64,000 nt of DNA, taken from contig QPMI01000005.1 of NCBI GenBank assembly GCA_004431415.1, forward strand, positions 248,001-312,000, given 5' to 3'. Below, one piece after another: positions 1 to 9,828 of the stretch (its first letter is position 1; every line of letters starts with the position of its first letter). The notes below the pieces were generated by a model that did not search any database, was not told the origin of the DNA, and was given only the letters and a program-made list of their open reading frames with translations. The DNA is from Cyanophora paradoxa CCMP329 (taxonomy: Eukaryota; Plantae; Glaucophyta). The position numbers and the translations under genes are program-made.

Positions 1-1006
1 CAGTTGCATTATCACGAACTGAAACAAGCAGAGCATATACAAGACCTGAGATTTGAGAGAGGTTAATTCGATTGGGTTGGGCATTGCCCTTAGCAGGGAA
101 AGCAATAGCATCAACAAATCCAATATCAAGGGAGGGAATAGCCATGCCAGTAGTCTTAACTTTTTCAATTACAGTAGCGAAAAGCTCATCAGAAACATTA
201 ATAGCATGCATATAAAGGCGAGGAGAAGTAATTGAAATTTCAGGAGTTGTTGCACCAAGAGTAAAGTCTGTGATGTTTTGACCAACATTTGCCAGAACAG
301 TTTCAGCAGGGGCAGTTCCAAGACCATCATCTTTTGAATAATCTACATCAGCTGCTGCAACAGTAAGACCACGACCACCATAGGATGTTTCAACATAGCC
401 TTTTCCAACATCCTTAAACCAAACAGTAACAACCATTTCACCAGATAAAGCACCAAGGGGAAGGTAGTGATTTAGCCAAGGCACTGGAATTTCAACGAAA
501 AATGAGCCACCAAGTCGGTTGGTTCCATGAGCAGGGATGCCATGAACCATGCCCATTGATCGTTTCTTTTTAGCTAGTTGATCCTCCGAATAATAGACCA
601 GGGGGAAATGAGCAAGGAAATCAGATGGAATATGGTAGGTGTAAGATCCATAGGTAATTTCAAGTCGCTGAACTAAAGCACCAACTGGGCGAGTGTATCC
701 ATTGCGAACTAGATCAGTATCACCAGCAAAAGTGATAGCTGGAAGGTCAAAAGCAAGTTCGAGTTTTCCACAGAAATTGTAGCGAGGTAGCTTGAAGGAA
801 ATGCGATTTCCTACATTATTTGTGAAAGTATTACTAGGATTCACAACAACTAGAACTGGCTTAGACTTGGATTCGAGACCAAGCATAAGGGAGTTATCCA
901 GGAAAAAGGCTTTCGCCTCCTCTGGGTTGTTAGGGCTTCTTTCAGCGAAAGTCTTTGAAGAGTGGAAGTGATATCCATTATATTCTCTTTTATTATACTG
1001 CAACAT
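1..1006 (-). CDS. Major capsid protein, double jelly-roll (3' end outside window)
   Basis: Manual translation gives an open frame from ATG 1006 to the window edge: GNRISFKLPRYNFCGKLELAFDLPAI...LVQRLEITYG...FFVEIPVPWLNHYLPLGAL..EMVVTVWFKD, matching the order of conserved blocks of NCLDV/PLV-type MCPs. An alternative ATG at 978 is out of frame. Confidence 0.8.
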   Translation of the reverse strand, partial: MLQYNKREYNGYHFHSSKTFAERSPNNPEEAKAFFLDNSLMLGLESKSKPVLVVVNPSNTFTNNVGNRISFKLPRYNFCGKLELAFDLPAITFAGDTDLVRNGYTRPVGALVQRLEITYGSYTYHIPSDFLAHFPLVYYSEDQLAKKKRSMGMVHGIPAHGTNRLGGSFFVEIPVPWLNHYLPLGALSGEMVVTVWFKDVGKGYVETSYGGRGLTVAAADVDYSKDDGLGTAPAETVLANVGQNITDFTLGATTPEISITSPRLYMHAINVSDELFATVIEKVKTTGMAIPSLDIGFVDAIAFPAKGNAQPNRINLSQISGLVYALLVSVRDNAT

Positions 1007-1081
1007 AAAAAATCTACCAATGATCCTTAATTTATGCGAAGTTTGTAATAACTGGATAGGAAGGGTGAAGCTGCGACATTC

Positions 1082-2041
1082 TCATCTTATAGTATTCATA
1101 AACTGGGTCCCAGCTGGCTCATCACCATAGCGAATTTCAAAGGTAAGATGAACAGGTTGACCCTCGAAATCAATTGGTTCATTAACAGCATTCACAATAT
1201 CAACCGAGAAAGTGGATAATCCAACCTTCTTATTATAGTATTTGTAAAGTGGATGAGCCTCTGTCGAATTGTAAACTACATGCTCACCATAATCTTTGTC
1301 AGGGACCACTATTTTATGGAAGTAACCAGTCAGGAGACCATCCCCACATTGCACCAGATCACCCAGCTCCTTTACTCTCACAAACAAAACACTGTCCCTG
1401 GTCATTTCAGGCTCAAATGAAGATATAATACCGTTTACTCGAGTTCCAGTAAAGATTCCATCAGTGAGAGCATCATAGACCTGTGATTTGATTGGGGAAT
1501 TACCATATCTTCCAGGATCAAGACCAAAAAGTCGAGCTGAGCTTAACAGCTTTTGGATTGTTTTCAGGTTTGGGTCTACAGCAAGTGAGAAAGCCAGGTA
1601 AAACTTTTTTTCGGAATGGAATATAATTCGTTTCAGTGACTCATCCCATTTGCAGCGAACAGATGGTTTAGGATTTCTGTCATTAAACTTTTCATTTATA
1701 ACATTCACCAGCTGTTGGTGGTTTTGAATGGGGGTTTCGCGATTTACAATGAATTGTTTCCATTGTTCAAAATCAGCAGCTGGGCGAGTTGTTGGAATTC
1801 CTGTAATTCCAGCTCCCGCAAGCTCTTCAGAATAATAAATACTAAAAGTGTTGTCAACTGTTATATCTCCTGCTTTGGTTTCACCACTCACCATAGGGAT
1901 GCTGTTATAAAATTCGGCTGAGACCAGTCTCACAGCCCTCACATTCTCATAAGTACTGGGGAGTCTAGCCACAAAGCTTGATGTGGGACCATCACCAGAG
2001 ATTGTATTAAATGAGCTAACCTCGATGTAATCCACAGGCAT
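1082..2041 (-). CDS. Minor capsid (penton-like, single jelly-roll) protein 1
   Basis: N-term F..LP..YENVRAVRLVSAEFYNS and C-term LSTFSVDIVNAVNEPIDFEGQPVHLTFEI pattern typical of PLV/NCLDV pentons; adjacent to MCP. Confidence 0.75.
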   Translation of the reverse strand: MPVDYIEVSSFNTISGDGPTSSFVARLPSTYENVRAVRLVSAEFYNSIPMVSGETKAGDITVDNTFSIYYSEELAGAGITGIPTTRPAADFEQWKQFIVNRETPIQNHQQLVNVINEKFNDRNPKPSVRCKWDESLKRIIFHSEKKFYLAFSLAVDPNLKTIQKLLSSARLFGLDPGRYGNSPIKSQVYDALTDGIFTGTRVNGIISSFEPEMTRDSVLFVRVKELGDLVQCGDGLLTGYFHKIVVPDKDYGEHVVYNSTEAHPLYKYYNKKVGLSTFSVDIVNAVNEPIDFEGQPVHLTFEIRYGDEPAGTQFMNTIR

Positions 2042-2070
2042 TCTTCTTTTATCTATATTTATATATTAAA

Positions 2071-3003
2071 ATGAACCGGCTCGTTAATATTGATAGCAGG
2101 GATAGAAGCCAAGGACAAAATGAAAACTCTTACAGGGTCACCCTCACAACTCCAGTAGAGAGACCAAGGGAATGCAGGGTTCTATATGCAGAGATTCCAA
2201 ACAGCATCTATAACAGTGTGGGAACTGATCATCTAACAGTTCAGTTTAATTACCAAGATGGTTCATATAACCAAGTGATCACACAACAAGTGTATCCCCT
2301 TCCCAGTGGCTACATCAATCAGGGTCATTTTGGGGTAACACACCCTTATAATTATGGGCTGAACTATTCAAGCTTCCAAACCATTGCAGGCAAAACAGTA
2401 GCTTTTGAGTTCAAGATATTCTATAACCCAACTACCTATAAAGTGGAGTTTTACAGTAACCATGAGTTTCGTTTTATTGCAAGCAACCAGAGAATAGGGA
2501 AGCTTTTGGGTGTAAGTTCTACTGAATACACCAATGGGTATTATAGCACTCCTCCTGTTGGTGGATCACCCTATCGACCTGAGAACCTGTTAAAGTATGA
2601 TGGCAAACCTATTACACCTGATCACCCAGCATGGGGAACCACCTTTTCAGGACCCAGACTCTCATCTAAGCCCTTGCAATATTATTTTGACAGCAGAAAG
2701 ATGTCTGATATGAATGCTGAGCAGTATCTATACATGCACATTAAAGAGCTTGCCCCTTTTGCCAGCAGACACAATATAGTTCCGAAATCGCAACCACATA
2801 ACCAGGGGGCAATCCTTAGATTGCAATTGAGTAAGGATATAGGTGGCTATGTTTACCATAGTGGTGAGCATGCAGAATTCATTCAGATAAATGACAGAAA
2901 CCTGGTGATAAGGGAACTCACAGTTGAATTTAAAGATTACTTTGGTGAACTGATTGATATGAATGGAATCGATAATTCTTTTCAGTTGGAGTTTATCGAA
3001 TAA
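2071..3003 (+). CDS. Minor capsid (penton-like) protein 2
   Basis: Starts LVNIDSRDR...YRVTL...AEIPNSIYN; ends IRELTVEFKDYFGELIDMNGIDNSFQLEF, the classic penton termini. Confidence 0.8.
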   Translation: MNRLVNIDSRDRSQGQNENSYRVTLTTPVERPRECRVLYAEIPNSIYNSVGTDHLTVQFNYQDGSYNQVITQQVYPLPSGYINQGHFGVTHPYNYGLNYSSFQTIAGKTVAFEFKIFYNPTTYKVEFYSNHEFRFIASNQRIGKLLGVSSTEYTNGYYSTPPVGGSPYRPENLLKYDGKPITPDHPAWGTTFSGPRLSSKPLQYYFDSRKMSDMNAEQYLYMHIKELAPFASRHNIVPKSQPHNQGAILRLQLSKDIGGYVYHSGEHAEFIQINDRNLVIRELTVEFKDYFGELIDMNGIDNSFQLEFIE

Positions 3004-4549
3004 AGGCACCTGTAAAGTCAACTCTCATTGTGGGAGCATTCACATACACAAGGGGATAAATGCGAATATATTTAATTCTGAGAGAGAAACCTATGTAAAA
3101 AGCATCCTTGATGCTTAGAGGAAATCCACTCAATAGAGCCACATCACCAGAGTTGTGAGCATTGTTAATGTTCTCACAGACATACATTTTGTTTTGCCCA
3201 TCTGATCGAATAAAAGACCAGGTGATCCCATCAGTGGATGTTGCCACATTGAAAGTCTTAATAAAAGCATTGGTGTCCCCTGAGCCATAGGCAATCACAG
3301 AGGAGAGTTCAAAAGTGTATGGGAAAGCAACTTGAAGGTATTCAGTGGGGGTTTCCCATATCTGCTCAGGAGCATAGGCTCCAGCTTCCCAGCCAAATGC
3401 TGAAGGTCTAGCCATGAAAGGCTCTTTACCTGTCACAGAGGATGAGGCAGTAAAGGCATCATCTGCAAGCTGATACCAATTAGCATCCAAAGGTGGTGAT
3501 GTAGTGAGAGTGGATGAGATGTAAGCCTTTGTAGGGTTCTTTAGTTCATAGTTTGCTACTAGAAGGCTGCAAAGCTTATTGATCATATCATTGTTTGCTG
3601 CTATGTATGTTTCTGTGAAAGAAAGCATATCTGGGATTTTAGAAGTGTCATCAAGGGAGCTTACTATATGATTTGGAAGAGGTACTGATAGCCTGTAATA
3701 TCTCCCATAATCCTGATCATAGTTGTAGGGTAACAACTCCTCCATCTTATCAAGGGCAGATAGCTCACTTGCAGCCATGAGCATGTTAATCAATGGGCTT
3801 CCATCTGTTGAGGCAATCCATGAGAGAATGCCCCAGCTGTTTACAGTCTCATAAGCATAACCCACATAATCAGACTCTAAATGTGGGTCTACCTCACCAC
3901 AAGAGATACTTATGACTATAATATCATCATCATCACTGTAAATCTTCTTTGCATGGCTGTAACCACACACACTGGGATTATTGTTTCCCGAAATGGCACC
4001 ATCAATGAGACAGACAAATACTCCCCGATTGAAATCAACAATGCTTACAGGAGAGAAATATGTAGGAGCAGCAGAGGTAGCCCTAGCAGCAATCTTACAA
4101 GGCAGAAAGCTGTAATTGTTATCATTTGTGATAAATATTGGTTTCATATTCTGAGTATCAAAGGATGTGATCACAATGTCCTTTAGGGAATCCTGTATTA
4201 GTGATTCCCCAGTAACTGAATTGATTGCAGTCTCCAAGGGTCCCACATCATACTTTGTGTTAAATAGGGCATTTTCAATGATATTTCGAGGATTTGCGAA
4301 AATCAAAGGCAGTTGAGTTAGGTAAATATTGTGTAAATCGTTTGCTGTCAGTTTAGGTTCACCTGGTCTATCAGGATGCCTTATATTCAAACCTATTGCA
4401 ATGATCCCACCAGTGGAAGTTCCACTCACAAGATCCACAAGATCGATTATTCTCCTGCCAGTTCGATTTTCGATTTCTTTTAGCAGCCTGGTTATGATAA
4501 TGCCCCTTGCACCCCCGCCAGAAAGACTTAAAACGACCTTGAGAGGCAT
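2993..4549 (-). CDS. Patatin-like phospholipase fused to C-terminal F5/8 type C (discoidin) domain
   Basis: GGGARG oxyanion loop, GTSTG nucleophile, SAAPTYF, DGA catalytic Asp; C-term EYLQVAF...IKTFNVATSTDGITW...YIRIYP...MRVDFTG is discoidin-like. Confidence 0.88.
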   Translation of the reverse strand: MPLKVVLSLSGGGARGIIITRLLKEIENRTGRRIIDLVDLVSGTSTGGIIAIGLNIRHPDRPGEPKLTANDLHNIYLTQLPLIFANPRNIIENALFNTKYDVGPLETAINSVTGESLIQDSLKDIVITSFDTQNMKPIFITNDNNYSFLPCKIAARATSAAPTYFSPVSIVDFNRGVFVCLIDGAISGNNNPSVCGYSHAKKIYSDDDDIIVISISCGEVDPHLESDYVGYAYETVNSWGILSWIASTDGSPLINMLMAASELSALDKMEELLPYNYDQDYGRYYRLSVPLPNHIVSSLDDTSKIPDMLSFTETYIAANNDMINKLCSLLVANYELKNPTKAYISSTLTTSPPLDANWYQLADDAFTASSSVTGKEPFMARPSAFGWEAGAYAPEQIWETPTEYLQVAFPYTFELSSVIAYGSGDTNAFIKTFNVATSTDGITWSFIRSDGQNKMYVCENINNAHNSGDVALLSGFPLSIKDAFYIGFSLRIKYIRIYPLVYVNAPTMRVDFTGAFIR

Positions 4550-4592
4550 CTTTTACTTATCAGGAATTTTATAAATCCATATAGTAAAAGCC

Positions 4593-7500
4593 ATGAGCTT
4601 CAATTACCCACCAAATCTAGAAACCATTCAAGATGATAATGCAAGCAGCACCAAGCATGTGAACTTTGATAATATTAAAGTAAAGGGTTCAGTTTCAATT
4701 GACCACAGCTCTGATAATTCATCAAAGACTCAATCAAGGGAGCATGCTTTATCTGTGAATCAAACTGATCCAGATAAAGAGGATGTCAGTGTAGCCTTTA
4801 GTTTGGGTAATGTGAAAGCCAACCAAGTTGCAGAGATCAAAGCAACAAGAAGGAGACCTAGGAAACTGAAAACCAGTGGCACCCATCCAGATATACCTTC
4901 CAGGTTTGATAGTGGTCGTTTGGTTTTCAATGTTCAAGATGAGCAGGGCAAACAGAACACAGGTTTGCGAATTTACAATGAGGGCAGCACTCCAAAAGCA
5001 GAGGTCCCCCAAGTATTGCAAGTGGGTCCCATTGCCAACACAAATCAGGTCTCCTACACAAATGATGTATACCCCAAGGATATTACATATGACTTTGCGA
5101 GGAATGAGCCTTTTGGGTTTTTTACTCCAAAAGATGTCCATCAAAAAAAGCCATCAATTACAATCAACAGTAGCCCCAGTCAACCAGTAGCAATCCATTT
5201 ACATCCTGATTTAGTCGAAATGGATAGGCACCTTTTGCCTTTGTATAGCAATGTGAAAGACCTTGGAATTAGAACCAGGCAATGGCGAAATATCCATGGC
5301 AGCAATGTGTATGCAAATGGGGAGAAACTTGTGAGTGAGAAAACTCTAAGGGAAATAATTGAGCATTATGGTCCCAATGGACCAACAGTTCCATTCCCTA
5401 TTCCATTTCCAAATGGACCTCCCGATTTAACACCAAAGAAACAGCCTGGAAGAGAATACACAGCAACTGAAGATGTAGCCTTTGGGCAGCATATTGTTAG
5501 TTGGGAGCAAGTTCGCAATAAACCTATAATTGAACCCAGAAAGCAAATAGATGAGCAGTATTTACCTCCTGAAGTCGATATATTAGAGCTTGATGAATAT
5601 CAATTCGTTCCAGATGAGGAAGAGTATTTACCAGATGGTTTCGACCCACAAGAATATGAGTATGATCAGTTTGACCCCAATGAGGAGGAGATACTCCCAG
5701 ATGGTTTTGACCCACAAGAATATGAGTATGAACAGAACTATGAACCTGATGAGGAGTATTTACCAGATGGTCATGATCCACCAGCTGTTGACTATGAGCA
5801 ACCTTATGAACCCCATGAGGAATTGTTACCAGATGGATTTCGACCTGAGATCTGGGAGTTCTTCCCTGATTATGAACAAATTAATAATAAACCTGCAAAG
5901 TATCCCCCAGAGGATCACAATCATGATTGGGATGAGATCTTAGGCAAACCTCAAAAGTATCCACCAGAGGATCACAGGCATGATTGGGGAGAAATTGATG
6001 GGATACCTACTGAGTTCCCACCAAGCAAACATGAACATATTTGGGATGAGATCAATGACCAACCAGAATTCGCAAAGGTGGAGCCTCTTGATAACTTGGG
6101 GGTTTCTCTTTACCAGACTTGTAATATCCCTGAAAGAATCTTTTTGAATGAACACTATGTACATGTGAATGGGACACTTGCAAATTCAGCTATGAGAGGA
6201 CCACTTCATATTAGGACATTACCAGGCTCTTTTGAAACCCCACCACCACCAGGAGCAACCATACCAAATATCTTTGTGTCAAGCTACATGGAGGCTGACA
6301 TTCCCACAGATACATTCAGAGTCCCAACAGACCCAGCAACCTACCAAAATTACAACTCTGCTATACAGGTTCATGTAGCAGATGTAAGCAGCTTAGATGG
6401 CTCAAGACCAATGATAGTTTTCAGTCGAGATAAGTATTCCTACATTCCCATAGTGGGAACTGCAAATGATAATTATGGGAGGGCAGAGCTTGCATGGATT
6501 AAAACAGATTATGGTGGGGTTCTGGAAGCCAATCAGAGGATGGCTGCAAAAAACATACACAATGAGAGCATTTCGAGAGTGGTCACAGAGGATTACCTTA
6601 CTGCTGTTGTTCTTGTGAATATAGTCACCCTTGCTATGCTCGCAAATTATGTAACTAAAAATGAACTTGCAGTCGAATTATCAAAGTATCTTCTTAAAAC
6701 TGGTGGAACAATCACAGGGGACCTAACTGTCACCAGTAACCTTTACACAAGTAACCTTTATGCAAGTAATATAACTGTTGATTATCTTACTGTTACATCT
6801 AATGCAAACCTTCCACATCATCCAACTTCAAATGTTGTGGATGGGTGGATCAAAAACCATACCCACACCAAAGACCAAATTATAGATTTTGATCACACCC
6901 ATGCCTGGTCGAATATTGTGGACAGACCATTGACTTTTCCCCCAGATGATCACACACATGCCTGGTCAAATATTGTAGACAAACCTATCACCTTCCCTCC
7001 TGATACTCACACTCATGATTATACCCAGATCACCAACTGTAATCACAGACACCCTTGGGGTGAAATTGACCAGCAACCCAAATTTGCATCTGCAGGCAAT
7101 CTGTTAACAGACTTCCCACATGGTGTGAGTCTTTACCAGAGTAATACCATACCTGAGAGGCTACAACTAAATGATTATTATGTCAATCGAAAGGGTATTG
7201 ATGCAGGGACCACTATGGAAGGTGAATTATACATCAGACCCCCTACAAGAATGCAGATGATTGCAGCAGGTGGAAACTTTGGAGCATTGGACACCAAACC
7301 AGGTATCTATTTAACCAGTTACTATGCTGATGACATCCCAATGACAGGAGGTTTACTATCACTACCATCTGATCCAGTCAACTATGATGACAAAGATGCA
7401 GCAATCCAAATTAATGTTACTGATGTGAGTGATTTGGATGGTTCAAGACCAAAATTAATATTTAGCAGAGAGAGACTGTTACCTGATGCTGTTCTAGGAA

Positions 7501-8927
7501 ATCGAGATGACTACAAGAGATGTGAGATGGCATGGATAAAAACGAATTATAATGGTGGAGTGGGTGAGGGAGTTTTAGAAATTAATCAAAGGGCAGCAGC
7601 AAAGAATATTCACAATGAGACCATATCAAGAGTGGTGACAGAGGATTACCTTCAAGCCCAGAACTACATAGATGAAACAGAACTTAATACAGTCATTGCA
7701 GGTATAGGAGTCACAGGCAATTACCTCCCTCTCACAGGTGGGATTATTGATGGAACAGTAACAGCATGCAACTTCTTTGTCCACACTGAAAGCAATCAAA
7801 CTTTTCCTGTGGTTCACCCAGGAGGTGAATATGAGATTCCAGTTGATCCTGCTATAATGCCTATCAAGATTGATCTCCCTTCTGATTATGTTGGAAGGGG
7901 TGAACTAAAAACAATCTCCTTCACAGGAGATTATAATGATCTCCTGAATAAACCTACAGCTGCAAACCTGCACCCTGTTGCTTATTCAGGTAGCTTCCTT
8001 GATCTTAATAATAGATCACACACTCACACAAAGGCAGAGATCACAGATTTCGCACACACTCACACCAAATCCCAGATAACAGATTTTGCCCACTTCCACA
8101 CCAGAGCAGATATTACTAATTTCGCTCACACTCATTTTAAATCTGAGATAACAGATTTTGCTCACACTCACACCAAGTCACAGATAACAGATTTTGCACA
8201 CAATCATCTTAAGAGTGAGATTACAGATTTTGCCCATACCCATGTAAAGAGTGAGATATCAGATTTCGCACACACTCACACCAAAGGTGAGATAACAGAC
8301 TTTGCACATACTCACACTAAATCTCAAATTACAGATTTTGCACACACACACCTTTGGGGAGATATTACAGATCGACCTTCTCTGGATCCATTCACAGCAA
8401 CCACTATCAGAGCAAACAGCACAATGTATGTAGGAACAGGTCAGATTGTAGAGCCAGCAGGACCTATGTTTGATGAAACATGGTTCTTCCACAATTCGCA
8501 GAATTATTATGATCAAACCCTACTGGTCAGAGGAAATGCATATGCAAGGAATTTCTATGCTATGAACCCCACAGATAGCTCCACTATTAGTAGATGTATC
8601 ACAGAAGCAGATCTTTCCAGTCAACTCAATGCATATTTTAATGGGAAAATTCAAGCAGGAACGTATGTTTACACTACTCCTTATCTTTGGGCAAACCCTG
8701 ACCATAGGTTTAACCTCACTATTAATTTCAACAGCAGCTTTGCTAACCCTCCTATTGTAACAACCGGTATACAACACAATGAGACAGCCTACTACTACCG
8801 CATGTATGTTAGGCTTAAACAAGTTTACAGTAGCTATTTCACATGTGAGCTTGAAATAGTTCCATTAAGTTCTTTTGACAGACCTGGATTTCCAGTTACA
8901 ATTCATTACATTGCTGTCGCAATTTAA
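4593..8927 (+). CDS. Large virion fibre/spike protein with HxH repeats and lectin-like C-terminal domain
   Basis: 1444 aa; acidic repeats, three blocks of HxH repeats, an internal domain duplication, YLPLTGG/YLLKTGGTITGDL fibre motifs, C-term INFNSSFANPPIV...IHYIAV resembling H-type-lectin/gp53-like fibre tips. Confidence 0.75.
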   Translation: MSFNYPPNLETIQDDNASSTKHVNFDNIKVKGSVSIDHSSDNSSKTQSREHALSVNQTDPDKEDVSVAFSLGNVKANQVAEIKATRRRPRKLKTSGTHPDIPSRFDSGRLVFNVQDEQGKQNTGLRIYNEGSTPKAEVPQVLQVGPIANTNQVSYTNDVYPKDITYDFARNEPFGFFTPKDVHQKKPSITINSSPSQPVAIHLHPDLVEMDRHLLPLYSNVKDLGIRTRQWRNIHGSNVYANGEKLVSEKTLREIIEHYGPNGPTVPFPIPFPNGPPDLTPKKQPGREYTATEDVAFGQHIVSWEQVRNKPIIEPRKQIDEQYLPPEVDILELDEYQFVPDEEEYLPDGFDPQEYEYDQFDPNEEEILPDGFDPQEYEYEQNYEPDEEYLPDGHDPPAVDYEQPYEPHEELLPDGFRPEIWEFFPDYEQINNKPAKYPPEDHNHDWDEILGKPQKYPPEDHRHDWGEIDGIPTEFPPSKHEHIWDEINDQPEFAKVEPLDNLGVSLYQTCNIPERIFLNEHYVHVNGTLANSAMRGPLHIRTLPGSFETPPPPGATIPNIFVSSYMEADIPTDTFRVPTDPATYQNYNSAIQVHVADVSSLDGSRPMIVFSRDKYSYIPIVGTANDNYGRAELAWIKTDYGGVLEANQRMAAKNIHNESISRVVTEDYLTAVVLVNIVTLAMLANYVTKNELAVELSKYLLKTGGTITGDLTVTSNLYTSNLYASNITVDYLTVTSNANLPHHPTSNVVDGWIKNHTHTKDQIIDFDHTHAWSNIVDRPLTFPPDDHTHAWSNIVDKPITFPPDTHTHDYTQITNCNHRHPWGEIDQQPKFASAGNLLTDFPHGVSLYQSNTIPERLQLNDYYVNRKGIDAGTTMEGELYIRPPTRMQMIAAGGNFGALDTKPGIYLTSYYADDIPMTGGLLSLPSDPVNYDDKDAAIQINVTDVSDLDGSRPKLIFSRERLLPDAVLGNRDDYKRCEMAWIKTNYNGGVGEGVLEINQRAAAKNIHNETISRVVTEDYLQAQNYIDETELNTVIAGIGVTGNYLPLTGGIIDGTVTACNFFVHTESNQTFPVVHPGGEYEIPVDPAIMPIKIDLPSDYVGRGELKTISFTGDYNDLLNKPTAANLHPVAYSGSFLDLNNRSHTHTKAEITDFAHTHTKSQITDFAHFHTRADITNFAHTHFKSEITDFAHTHTKSQITDFAHNHLKSEITDFAHTHVKSEISDFAHTHTKGEITDFAHTHTKSQITDFAHTHLWGDITDRPSLDPFTATTIRANSTMYVGTGQIVEPAGPMFDETWFFHNSQNYYDQTLLVRGNAYARNFYAMNPTDSSTISRCITEADLSSQLNAYFNGKIQAGTYVYTTPYLWANPDHRFNLTINFNSSFANPPIVTTGIQHNETAYYYRMYVRLKQVYSSYFTCELEIVPLSSFDRPGFPVTIHYIAVAI
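5590..5870 (+). repeat. Coding acidic tandem repeat (EEYLPDGFDPQEYEY-like, ~4 units)
   Basis: Repeated CCAGATGGT..GACCCACAAGAATATGAGTATGA within the fibre ORF. Confidence 0.85.
8017..8372 (+). repeat. Coding 36-nt tandem repeat, 10 units (FAHTHTKSQITD)
   Basis: Ten in-frame 12-aa units visible in the translation. Confidence 0.92.
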
Positions 8928-8946
8928 CTATTTCTTTATTATAAAG

Positions 8947-9806
8947 ATGACCTCTCTATTAGAAATCCCAAACTATGAACTTGCAGCCAAATCACTCCAT
9001 AGCACCTCTCATGAAGTAGTTGATTCAACCCCTGGGTATATTTGCACTGAAACTTCAAGCAATACCTCTTTCACAGAGAACAATATTCTCAGAGTCAAAG
9101 AAATTCGATGTGATCGAAATGGAGGCAAGATAAGAACCACAGGGATTATTATCTCGAATAAGAATCAGGTTCAAGCAGGTCAGGTAGTCCCGGATTCAGC
9201 AGTATATGATAATGTAGGTGGATTTACCACAGCACAGATAGTTACTTTCAATAACACAAGTAATAATTCTGCACTTGTGGTTAAAATGCGAACTATAAAC
9301 GAAATGGTATTACGATTTTCTCTCTTGAAAAGATACCTTCCAATTTACAGACACCCACTCATTACGAAACTCTGACACTATCAAACGAAAAGTATTTGAA
9401 AAGAAATGGTTGCCCAAGATTTTTTGCTGCAAAGCAATCGCCAAATGGAGCTTTAACTTTCACAATACCTTCTGGATCTGGTCCAATAACTTCTTATGGA
9501 ACAGAGTTGGTAGATCAGGGAAATTGCTTTGACCCCACAACAGGCACTTTTACAGCACCAATTGCTGGATGTTACAGGTTCTTCTTCTCAATTGGAACTT
9601 CATCGACAATATTTTATCTAATGATATACAAAAATGGAGCAGATACCGGATTGCAAGTGTATAACCAAGAAAAAGGTGGAGTCACTTGCTATGGACTTGA
9701 CATTTTAATTAATCTTTCCCAAAATGACTCTATACAACTTTATTATCCTTACTCAACATATCCCTCCCGTTTACTTTTTGGTGGGATGCTTGTGAGTTTA
9801 ACATAA
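8947..9806 (+). pseudogene. Fibre paralog 1 (shared N-terminal module + C1q-like head), broken by an out-of-frame internal deletion near 9285
   Basis: ORF from ATG 8947 aligns with 9829..10857 up to ALVVK; another frame resumes NYKRNGITIFSLE (paralog FKRNSNTVALLE) and leads into C1q motif FDPTTGTFTAPIAGCYRFFF. Confidence 0.75.
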
Positions 9807-9828
9807 TATTGTCTGTCTAATGTAAAGA

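Noticed and set aside
53-235. 60-aa plus-strand ORF
   Set aside because: Antisense shadow of the MCP frame on the minus strand.
8017-8372. 36-nt periodic repeat resembling a CRISPR array
   Set aside because: No unique spacers; units are in-frame codons with synonymous variation; no cas genes.
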